A DNA stretch of 43,240 nt, taken from positions 1 to 43,240 of the forward strand of contig CAYSHT010000002.1 in NCBI GenBank assembly GCA_964430915.1, written 5' to 3'. The notes beneath the pieces were generated by a model. The model saw only the letters and a program-made list of their open reading frames with translations, searched no databases and was not told the DNA's origin. This document shows positions 16,326 to 24,245 of this stretch, piece by piece (position 1 is the first letter of the stretch; the number at the start of each line of letters is the position of its first letter). Origin of the DNA: an uncultured Syntrophaceae bacterium (GTDB taxonomy: Bacteria; Desulfobacterota; Syntrophia; Syntrophales; UBA2210). The position numbers were made by a program, and so were the translations under genes.

Positions 16326-17549
16326 TCAGGTGCGGGCCATCGCCTCCACCGGCGTAAATCTGGCGGCCTTGATTGCCGGATAGGCACTGACTACAATACC
16401 CAGGATAAGGACAACGAGGTTCGCCACAACAACATCTTTAATAATAATAACCGGATAGATTACCCGGGACATGCCGACAAATTCGAGCCCCTCGGAGAGT
16501 GCGGAAAGGTCGATACCGGTATCGGCGAGGGCATAGACACTCAAAAGACCGAGTCCGCTCCCGATAATCATACCGAGCGAAAGGAGGAAAAATGATTCGG
16601 TCAGCACCTCCTTTACAATCCACAGCGGCTTCATCCCCAAGGCTCGAAAGAGTCCGAATTCCCGTATACGCTCAAAGACGGCCATGAGGATCGTATTCAC
16701 GATGCCGAACCCCATGGCTATAAAAATCACCAGGTACCAGACGTAGATAAACCAATCGTACATCTTCAGGACCGCCGTGACAAGGGGGAGGAGCTCCCGC
16801 CACGTCTCGATTTCATACGAATCGGGAGGGATAACCTCCTTCAGATTATCGGCAACAATCTCAGCATCTTTGTAATCGGCGAGAAGTATGGATATTTCCG
16901 ATATGCCGCCTCCCAGCTTCAGCATCTTCTGTGCCGCCTCCTTGGTGATGAAGGCATACTGCTTTTCGGTGGCTTCCATCTCGGCCCTGAAAACACCACG
17001 TATTCTGAAGGCCCGCGAGGCGATATCGCGCCCCGTATCCTGCGACATGAGGACCAGCTTGCGGCCAAGTTTCGTCTCAAATTTGTCAATAAGGGCCTGC
17101 CCCACAATGATTCCGTATTCATCGCCGGGGGCGAGATACTCTCCACTTACCACCGCCTGCCCGATAAATGAAATTCCCGCCTCGCGCTCAGGATCGATTC
17201 CCACAAGGGTCAGGCCGCCGGAGTGGCGAGCATTGTTCGCAATGGCATCGACACGGACGCGGGGAGACCACCTGGCATTTGAGGGAAGATGCTCGGCAAG
17301 CAGGGCTTCCACTATTTCCGGCTCATTCATGCTGTTTTCAATCACGGGGTCTTTCCTGAAACCCTTCTGGTGTATCTGGATGTGACCGGTCAGCGTCGCA
17401 ATTCCGTTTTTCACCATCTGGGCGGAAACGCCGCGCATCAATGCACCCAGAAAAATCATGGCCCAGACACCGATCACGACTGCCGTCATAATGACAATGG
17501 TCCGCCTGGGATTCCGCCAGATGTTTCGCCACCCTAACTGAAGATACAT
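16326..17549 (-). CDS. FtsX/MacB-type ABC permease (LolC/E-like), copy 2
   Basis: The 407-aa ORF has the N-terminal LGWRNIWRNPRRT followed by TM1, a large periplasmic domain and a C-terminal 3-TM FtsX module (ILMAVFERIREFGLFRALGMKP). Confidence 0.85.
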   Translation of the reverse strand: MYLQLGWRNIWRNPRRTIVIMTAVVIGVWAMIFLGALMRGVSAQMVKNGIATLTGHIQIHQKGFRKDPVIENSMNEPEIVEALLAEHLPSNARWSPRVRVDAIANNARHSGGLTLVGIDPEREAGISFIGQAVVSGEYLAPGDEYGIIVGQALIDKFETKLGRKLVLMSQDTGRDIASRAFRIRGVFRAEMEATEKQYAFITKEAAQKMLKLGGGISEISILLADYKDAEIVADNLKEVIPPDSYEIETWRELLPLVTAVLKMYDWFIYVWYLVIFIAMGFGIVNTILMAVFERIREFGLFRALGMKPLWIVKEVLTESFFLLSLGMIIGSGLGLLSVYALADTGIDLSALSEGLEFVGMSRVIYPVIIIKDVVVANLVVLILGIVVSAYPAIKAARFTPVEAMART

Positions 17550-17562
17550 GCACCGACTCCAA

Positions 17563-18801
17563 TCACACTGCCGTCATCGCCTCTACGGGCCTCAAACGAC
17601 GCACCTTAAAGGCAGGATAGAGGGCAGTCAGAAGAGTTATAACAAGTACGATTCCCGCTCCCACAGAAATTGAAAGAATCGAAAGCTTTGGATACATCCT
17701 TTCAGGCAGACCGTATTGACTCAGAAATTCTGACGCCCCCGAGATCACAATACCGTGCACCTGAAAGTACCCTGTAAACAGACTCCCAAAGATGATTCCC
17801 AGAATTATACCGATAAGCGTAATCGTCACCGACTCGAAAATGAGGAATCTCATGAGCCTTCCCGGCGTCGTTCCCATAGCCATGAGGACTCCGAATTCCC
17901 GTGTCCTCTCGAAGATCGCCATCAGAAAGGTGTTCAGAATACTGAAGGCAACCACGACGATGAGAATTGCGTACATGATAAGGGCGCTCACCAGGTCCAT
18001 CTTAATCGACTGAACCAGTCCGGGCATAAGATCCATCCAGTCGAGAACCGCCATCGCTTTGTGGTCGTCCACAACTTCGATTCCCCTTTTTAGTTTTGCC
18101 TCTATCGTTTCCACAGCATCAAGGGATCTGCCCAGCACCACAACTTCGTGGACGGCACCGCGCATGGAAAATACCTCCTGAAAATATTCAAGGGGCATAT
18201 GGATCGAGCTTCGGTCGAATTTATCCTCGCCCGATGAAAATATCCCCTTCACCGTGAGGACCGAGGCGGCAACGGACCCGTCGCGGCCCTGACCTAGTAT
18301 GACAAGTTCGTCTCCGATATCGGCCTTGAGATTTTCGGCGAGAAGCTCCCCGACCAGCGCCGCATTGCTATCATTTTTCGCGAGATATTCGCCCCGTCGT
18401 ATTAGTTTCTGAAGCGTGGAAACCTTCGCCTCTTTTTCGGGATCGATTCCAATCAGCAGTACTCCATAGGTCCTGTCTTCCGAAGAAACGAGGGAAAAGG
18501 CATTCGCGCGAACGGTATAGGCCTCAATCTCCGGAATGTCCCCGAGAACTCGCGAGACGGCGTCCGGATCAGGCACAACCAGCCAGATGTCCATCCTGTC
18601 GCGATATCCCTCTGCCTGGACCTGCACATGGCCGGTGTGAACCTTGACCGCCGTATTGATCATCGTATCGTAGGAACCAAACTGCCAGGAGAGCATGAAT
18701 ACGAGAAGCATGGTGGCAAAGACGATCGCGAGAATGGTGAGGATCGACCTCCTCGGATTTCGCCAGATGTTTCGCCATACCATTTTGATCTCGATCGACA
18801 A
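17563..18801 (-). CDS. FtsX/MacB-type ABC permease (LolC/E-like), copy 1
   Basis: The 412-aa ORF has MVWRNIWRNPRRS followed by TM1, a periplasmic domain and an FtsX module (FLMAIFERTREFGVLMAMGTTP). It is a paralog of the adjacent permease. Confidence 0.85.
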   Translation of the reverse strand: MSIEIKMVWRNIWRNPRRSILTILAIVFATMLLVFMLSWQFGSYDTMINTAVKVHTGHVQVQAEGYRDRMDIWLVVPDPDAVSRVLGDIPEIEAYTVRANAFSLVSSEDRTYGVLLIGIDPEKEAKVSTLQKLIRRGEYLAKNDSNAALVGELLAENLKADIGDELVILGQGRDGSVAASVLTVKGIFSSGEDKFDRSSIHMPLEYFQEVFSMRGAVHEVVVLGRSLDAVETIEAKLKRGIEVVDDHKAMAVLDWMDLMPGLVQSIKMDLVSALIMYAILIVVVAFSILNTFLMAIFERTREFGVLMAMGTTPGRLMRFLIFESVTITLIGIILGIIFGSLFTGYFQVHGIVISGASEFLSQYGLPERMYPKLSILSISVGAGIVLVITLLTALYPAFKVRRLRPVEAMTAV

Positions 18802-18806
18802 AAGGC

Positions 18807-19568
18807 CTATCTCCTTGGATTTTTCAGTGACGAAATCGTAAAGAGATCATCGGAGAGACTTTCCTTAAAAACGATCTCCTCATAGTCAAGCACCGTGTAT
18901 TCATCCTCTTTATCGGTTTTCTGCATCTTCCATATCCTCGGGAAAAGCTTTCCGCCCAGCATCTGAATCTCGGTGCCAGTCATCGCCTTGACGAGCAAGA
19001 GATCTTCATCATAAAATTCCTGACATAAGAATATGAGGTCCTCCCGGACCTTCAGTTTCTGCATACCCCAGACGACGGGAGCGTCCAGCTTCGGCATCGA
19101 CGTAATCACGTAGACCTTTTTGCCGTCATGAATCTCCGTCCCCGTTATCTCGTGCGTATAATCCTCGATGATGCTGTCTGATTTTGCCAGATCGTTGTTC
19201 GAAAAATCTGACCCCATCCAGGACTGGGACATCATTGAAGGGGGAAGTTTGATGACACGGTTTACCTTTGGATTAAACATCCACATCTCTTTGCCCCTTT
19301 TCAGGGTACCGTTTCCGCTGTCCTTTGGCGGTGCCATGATGGTAAAGAGGCTGTCTTTTTGCCCCTTGGTCCACGCTCTGATGGTAAGCCTTCTCTCCCA
19401 GCCGGGACGGTGAATCGTCATATCGACTGTTGAAAACGAGGCGTCTCCCCTGTAATAATTGACAGCATCCCTGACGAGATTCTCCACATCTCCTGCATGC
19501 AGTGCTCCGCAAAAAAAGACGAAAAAGGCAACAGTAAACGATAGAATCACGGCAACCCTTTTTCTCAT
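18807..19568 (-). CDS. Secreted LolA-like (outer-membrane lipoprotein-sorting-protein-like) periplasmic protein
   Basis: The ORF extends to 19604, but the ATG at 19568 has a GGTGA/GGAGAGG Shine-Dalgarno and gives the signal peptide MRKRVAVILSFTVAFFVFFCGALHA. The body (YRGDASFSTVDMTIHRPGWERRLTIRAWTKGQKDSLFTIMAPPKDSGNGTLKRGKEMWMFNP) resembles the LolA-like sorting-protein family. Confidence 0.6.
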   Translation of the reverse strand: MRKRVAVILSFTVAFFVFFCGALHAGDVENLVRDAVNYYRGDASFSTVDMTIHRPGWERRLTIRAWTKGQKDSLFTIMAPPKDSGNGTLKRGKEMWMFNPKVNRVIKLPPSMMSQSWMGSDFSNNDLAKSDSIIEDYTHEITGTEIHDGKKVYVITSMPKLDAPVVWGMQKLKVREDLIFLCQEFYDEDLLLVKAMTGTEIQMLGGKLFPRIWKMQKTDKEDEYTVLDYEEIVFKESLSDDLFTISSLKNPRR

Positions 19569-19785
19569 GTATCTCACCTTTCCTCTCCGCGACACTCTCT
19601 TCATAACGTGACGCGGTCATTAAAACATCTCCATAATACGTGGCGATTAGAAAAAGTGCCACTATTTTTCTCTCAGGGAAAAGCCCTCCCTTCACTCCGA
19701 AAGGCATCCATGAATAAAATTACTTTATAAGTTTATGGAAAAGCTGTTATTATCCCCTCAGAAACAAATAAAAAAAGGAGGCACC

Positions 19786-20598
19786 ATGAAAACGCTGGAA
19801 GAATATAGAAAGGCAGGAACCGATCTTTATAACCGGCTTCATCTCTCCACATATCCGATAGCCATAAAATACATACAGGACATAAGCGAGGTGCCCGAAG
19901 GGGTCATGCAACCCTCGGCATTCGGACAGAAGATGGCACTCTGCCAGGCCTTCACCCAGACAAGAAGGTGGGGAACAAATGTCGTGATGACGTCGGATGA
20001 CAATTTCTGCACACCTGCCACGGCATTTCACGGGTGGGAAAAGATATCGGCGGAAGATTTGATCGAAAGCCAGGTCCGGCAGGGATGGCACAGCGATATC
20101 GAGGTGGAAACAAGGAGGATTGAAGGGGGATTGAATCTTCTGAAAACCCATGAGGGGAAATACTGTGGTTTTATTTCTTCACCTCTTCCCGAAACGGTGG
20201 TGATTCCCGATACCGTCCTGATATATTGCGATGGTGTGCAGCTGACACACCTCATACATGCCGTCTCTTACGAATACAAACATGTACCCCTTTCCTCATT
20301 CGAAGGCTACGGAGAATCCTGTATCAAGGGAGGGTATGCCCCCTTTGTCACCGGAAGTCCACAGATCGTGATACCGGGTGCGGGGGACCGGTCATTCGCG
20401 GGGATAATGGACCATGAACTCGCCATGGGACTGCCGGAATTCCTTCTCTTTTATGTCCTGGATAATCTCTTCAAATCGGGGGGCGAGATGAACATCGGAT
20501 ATCCGATGAGGTCCCTCATGCCGATGAATATCACCGAAGATATCACACCGGGATTTAAATTTCTCAGGGAAAAGATGGAGGAAAAAAACAACTACTGA
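19786..20598 (+). CDS. DUF169-family protein
   Basis: The ORF opens at 19735, but the ATG at 19786 follows aaaaAAGGAGGcacc. The product (MKTLEEYRKAGTDLYNRLHLSTYPIAIKYIQD...MALCQAFTQTRRWG...) matches the DUF169 layout. Confidence 0.7.
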   Translation: MKTLEEYRKAGTDLYNRLHLSTYPIAIKYIQDISEVPEGVMQPSAFGQKMALCQAFTQTRRWGTNVVMTSDDNFCTPATAFHGWEKISAEDLIESQVRQGWHSDIEVETRRIEGGLNLLKTHEGKYCGFISSPLPETVVIPDTVLIYCDGVQLTHLIHAVSYEYKHVPLSSFEGYGESCIKGGYAPFVTGSPQIVIPGAGDRSFAGIMDHELAMGLPEFLLFYVLDNLFKSGGEMNIGYPMRSLMPMNITEDITPGFKFLREKMEEKNNY

Positions 20599-20606
20599 TT
20601 AAGAGT

Positions 20607-21344
20607 TTAAATAAGACTGATGAGGAAAAGGGACGAATACCCGACGAAAAAGAGAAAGGGTGTGTCCCAGGTGTGTGGCGCAAGAGCCTCGGCCAGTGTC
20701 ATGAGAAAGGGGAGAGCGATAAGGGCAACGATGAATTGCGGCTGTGTAAAATAGGCGAAGTGGAAGGCCACGATCAGAATGCTGGTGATAAAGACGCAGG
20801 CGCTCCCCTCAAGACTTCGTACGTATTTTTTGTCTGTAAAGAGCGCATAGACCTCGTATTTATGTTTTCCGAACCTCACACCGACCGGTTCGGCGAGTCC
20901 ATCACCGATCCCGTTAATTAAAATGGGAATCAGGACGAGATCAAGAAGCCCCCGCTGTGCGAAGAGAATAATCATTGGAATAATGACGAGAAAACCGGTG
21001 GTAATCTGAGTGGAGAGCCAGAGCAGTGTGCGGGGCCGGTCCTCGGGGCGGTCAAAGGAAAGAAACATGGTGGTAATGAAGGGCACCCTTTCTCTCACCG
21101 GTTTCACATAAATGACAAGTGTCAATATTGCCAAACCAGAACCAAGGACAAATAGTCCAAAGGAGTTCTCAAGGGCAAACACCCTGTCAAGGTACATAGG
21201 TATGAAGAAGAGGGCAAAATGATTGATCTTCCGGGTGTAATTGACCCTGACCCCTGCGTGGCGAACGAGGAGGCCGTTGCCGTACTGGATCAGGTAGAGT
21301 AGTAACCCCTTGACTACCTGGTTCAGAAGAAAGACAGATTCCAC
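20607..21344 (-). CDS. Polytopic membrane protein of the CTP-dependent polyprenol/phytol/dolichol kinase - CdsA superfamily
   Basis: The 245-aa ORF has about 7 TM segments and the motifs YTRKINHF, NGIGDGLAEPVGVRFGKHKY and RSLEGSACVF, which are typical of that family. Confidence 0.6.
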   Translation of the reverse strand: MESVFLLNQVVKGLLLYLIQYGNGLLVRHAGVRVNYTRKINHFALFFIPMYLDRVFALENSFGLFVLGSGLAILTLVIYVKPVRERVPFITTMFLSFDRPEDRPRTLLWLSTQITTGFLVIIPMIILFAQRGLLDLVLIPILINGIGDGLAEPVGVRFGKHKYEVYALFTDKKYVRSLEGSACVFITSILIVAFHFAYFTQPQFIVALIALPFLMTLAEALAPHTWDTPFLFFVGYSSLFLISLI

Positions 21345-21602
21345 TCAGCTATCCCATGTACTTTATTTCGTAAATTGAATATCCCGCTGAAACATAAGCG
21401 TCGTAACATTAATCTAATTTTGAAGTTTCGGGGAACGAGACCGCAAATCGTTTCCACACTTTTATAAAATAAAAGGTCTCTTGCCCTTCCCGCTTTATCG
21501 CTCTTCTTGTAGGGAAAAAATGACATCCTGTCAACCTATATCGAACGATACCCATAATCACCACCACCGCACGATCGGTTGTCATACCCGCTATTTGAAG
21601 CT

Positions 21603-21692
21603 CCCCGCAACAAGTTGCGGGGAATCTCCGACTGTTAAGGAAATAAGTACTTTTTTATTCGCTCGCTAACCCCGCCGCAAGCAGCGGGGAAT
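21603..21692. repeat. Two related GC-rich hairpin elements 67 nt apart (REP-like; not a supportable CRISPR)
   Basis: The copies are ccccgcaacaagttgcggggaat (21603-21625) and ccccgccgcaagcagcggggaat (21670-21692). They share a CCCCGC...GCGGGGAAT framework. Their flanks are unrelated. Confidence 0.4.
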
Positions 21693-21782
21693 GCGATCGC
21701 TGTTCAGTTCAAATTGAAATCATAGTTTTGTTTTCTCTTATTTTATGATAGAAACCCGATATCACTAACTCTGGAGGGAACC

Positions 21783-22778
21783 ATGGGCAGTGCTGACCTG
21801 TATCAAAATCTTTCAAAAAAAATTGGGACGGAAAATTCGACTTTGATTCCGCAGATATGGCGTACCATCTGCTCCGAAGAAGAGGCCGAGATACTGAGCG
21901 CCATGCCGGGGACGGCAGAAGAGCTCGCGGAAAAGTTCGGCAAGGGTATCGATGAAATGAATTCAATAATTCACGAACTCTTTATTAAAGGGGTAGTCTT
22001 TGAGGTCATAAAGGAGGGGGTAACCCGCTACCGCATGCCCAACCATATAATACAGTTTCACGACGCAACAATTCTGTGGAAGGACGCCCCCGAAGAAATG
22101 ATTGATCTCTGGGTTAAATATATGAATGAGGAATTCCCGCAGATACCGGAGATGTTAACAGCAATAAATTTCCCTCCCTTCTTCCGGGTAATCCCGATTA
22201 ATGAGGGGATTGAATCACAAAGCCAGATCCTCCCATACGAGGATGCGGCAAAGATCGTCGAAGAGGCCCGTAATATTGCCGTCACCGATTGTACGTGCAG
22301 ACTTATCATGAAAAAATGCAACAAACCTCTCAACGTCTGCATCCAGCTCAATAAAGGGGCCGACTATGCGCTCAAGCGGGGAACGGGAAGAAAGATCGAT
22401 GTTGAAGAGGCCAAACAAATTCTCAGGACTTGTGAAGAGGCGGGACTTGTCCACACAACGGAGAATAAGGCAGGTGTGGGAACCGTGATATGCAACTGCT
22501 GCGACTGCTGCTGCGAGGTCCTTCCCTTTCTGAGAAACCCTGCTACTAAGGGAGTAGTTGCTCCGAGCCGCTACCGCGCATCGATAGATGAAGAATTATG
22601 CACCTCCTGCGGGTCCTGCATCGATATCTGCCCCATGGTGGCGATTTCCATGAACGACGATGACATTGCGAGTGTCGATTCGGAGCTCTGTATCGGCTGC
22701 GGCCTCTGTACGAACGATTGCCCCGTCGATGCAGTAGCGCTCATCGAGGTAAGGGAAAAGAGTTTTATTCCTTCCTGA
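21783..22778 (+). CDS. Ferredoxin-like protein with 2x[4Fe-4S] motifs, an extra Cys-dense motif and an unassigned N-terminal domain
   Basis: The 331-aa ORF has a GGAGGG Shine-Dalgarno. It carries CTSCGSCIDICP and CIGCGLCTNDCP motifs plus the CNCCDCCC cluster and upstream CTC/C residues. Confidence 0.75.
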   Translation: MGSADLYQNLSKKIGTENSTLIPQIWRTICSEEEAEILSAMPGTAEELAEKFGKGIDEMNSIIHELFIKGVVFEVIKEGVTRYRMPNHIIQFHDATILWKDAPEEMIDLWVKYMNEEFPQIPEMLTAINFPPFFRVIPINEGIESQSQILPYEDAAKIVEEARNIAVTDCTCRLIMKKCNKPLNVCIQLNKGADYALKRGTGRKIDVEEAKQILRTCEEAGLVHTTENKAGVGTVICNCCDCCCEVLPFLRNPATKGVVAPSRYRASIDEELCTSCGSCIDICPMVAISMNDDDIASVDSELCIGCGLCTNDCPVDAVALIEVREKSFIPS

Positions 22779-22789
22779 GAAACATTAAT

Positions 22790-23860
22790 TTATTTCAATT
22801 TCAGGGTTTGACGGTCGAGGGTCTTCAGCCACCGCATCGTCTCTTCAAAACCGTCATTAAATGAAACCGGGGGCTTCCATTGGAGCTCCCGGTTTGCCTT
22901 TTCGATGGAAAACTGGAGACGGGACCCGAGATTTTTGACGGTATAGGTGGTAAGAAGGGGGCGGGTCGAGAGCCTCAAAAGAGACCAGATTCCCTCCATC
23001 ACCAGTGCTGCGGCATATGCCGCCCCATAGGGAATGTGTAATCCCGGCCCCGGGAGCCCGAGACTTTCTGCTATCATGGCACAGAAATCCTGAAAGGTCG
23101 TCGATTCTCCGTCATGAACGAGATATCCCCTCCCCACGGCATCCTCACTTTTCGAGATCAGCATGAGTAAATCTACCAGATTATCGATATAGGCGGGCCA
23201 TACCAGAACATCTTTTCGCCAGAAAAGCATCTCGCTCTTGACAATCGCATCGGCCGTAAGGGGAACGAAGGTCTTGTCACCAGGTCCGTAAACCCAGCAG
23301 GGATACACCATGGTCACGGGAAGACCGTGATCTCTGAAATAACGCCAGGCAATCTCCGTCGCCGCTATCTTTGTGTCGGGATAGGGCTCGCCCCATTTTT
23401 TATAGGGAAATGACTCATCGATGACCACTCCCTCAATGAGGCCGAAGACATCGTTCGTACTGATCTCGACAAAACGTCCCACCTTCGCCGCAACTGCCGC
23501 CCGGCAAACATTTTCCATCCCCTCGATGTTCACCTCATTAAAAAGCCTTTTCGGTGCCCAGTCCGTGACAACGGCAGCGCAGTGAAAGATGACATCCTGA
23601 CCACGGCATAGTTCCTCAACGAGGGTGACATCGCAGATATTACCGGTAATCACTTCACAGCCGAGCGATTCGATATCGGGAATACCGGGGTCACCGGGTA
23701 GTGTCAGGACCATGACACCGTTTCCCTCCTCGACATTTCTCCTCACCAGATGGCTCCCGATAAAACCGGTACCGCCTGTAATCAGAACCTTTTTCGTACT
23801 AATCCCTCCCTTTATCCCCTCTGTAATCGGAGAATCACCACGATACCGAAAATAACGCAA
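22790..23860 (-). CDS. NAD(P)-dependent epimerase/dehydratase / 3-beta-HSD-like extended SDR
   Basis: The 356-aa ORF has VLITGGTGFIGSHLV, a YxxxK catalytic motif (YPDTKIAAT) and an extended C-terminal substrate domain. The only ATG start overlaps the upstream gene by 49 nt, so the true start is uncertain. Confidence 0.85.
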   Translation of the reverse strand: MRYFRYRGDSPITEGIKGGISTKKVLITGGTGFIGSHLVRRNVEEGNGVMVLTLPGDPGIPDIESLGCEVITGNICDVTLVEELCRGQDVIFHCAAVVTDWAPKRLFNEVNIEGMENVCRAAVAAKVGRFVEISTNDVFGLIEGVVIDESFPYKKWGEPYPDTKIAATEIAWRYFRDHGLPVTMVYPCWVYGPGDKTFVPLTADAIVKSEMLFWRKDVLVWPAYIDNLVDLLMLISKSEDAVGRGYLVHDGESTTFQDFCAMIAESLGLPGPGLHIPYGAAYAAALVMEGIWSLLRLSTRPLLTTYTVKNLGSRLQFSIEKANRELQWKPPVSFNDGFEETMRWLKTLDRQTLKLK

Positions 23861-24210
23861 TAGCCGTTGATGAATCCGTTGAGAATCGTGTCCGCAACCG
23901 AAATCGCATACATACCGTTCTGGATATTAAAGCTGAAATCAAGAAGACCGAGAAATATGAGTGCACCCGATGACGCAAGCGAGAATGTCCTTCCGAGGCG
24001 GTGCCCCTTAAGAAAAAGTATCGCCGCGGCAAAGATGGTGAAAGCGAGGAGTATATCGGGAAGCGGAAAGGAATGCTCAAAGGTGAAGTAACAGGGGGGC
24101 GGTGTTTCAGGGGCGAGGCCGACAGTGAAAAAACCGATCCAGAAGAGGACAATTCCGAGGGCAGTAATAATCTGAAAAATTGGGATGGTACTACCGTTTT
24201 TCTCGTGCAT
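23812..24210 (-). CDS. Small 4-TM membrane protein, unknown function
   Basis: The 132-aa ORF has four hydrophobic segments and sits embedded in the operon. No motif was recognised. Confidence 0.5.
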   Translation of the reverse strand: MHEKNGSTIPIFQIITALGIVLFWIGFFTVGLAPETPPPCYFTFEHSFPLPDILLAFTIFAAAILFLKGHRLGRTFSLASSGALIFLGLLDFSFNIQNGMYAISVADTILNGFINGYCVIFGIVVILRLQRG

Positions 24211-24245
24211 CGGACACTCCTTTCAATAATTATCTCAGTAAATCC

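Noticed and set aside
14244-19604. Calling the ABC module the housekeeping LolCDE-LolA system and assigning lol gene symbols.
   Set aside because: The gene order, the 265-aa non-canonical LolA-like protein and the co-encoded barrel do not match the canonical lolCDE locus. Without alignment to the LolC/LolE signature residues I cannot assign lol symbols.
21603-21692. A possible CRISPR array, because the stems resemble type I-E repeats and the period is 67 nt.
   Set aside because: There are only two copies, which are non-identical in loop and length. The flanks are unrelated, and there is no leader or cas gene in the window. It is reported only as a repeat/hairpin pair.
21693-21700. A GCGATCGC (HIP1-type) palindrome, also seen at about 6281, hinting at a cyanobacterial origin.
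   Set aside because: I noticed only isolated occurrences, and the gene content (DUF169, Fe-S and CoA-metabolism genes, LolA-like proteins) does not suggest cyanobacteria. Chance occurrence is likely.
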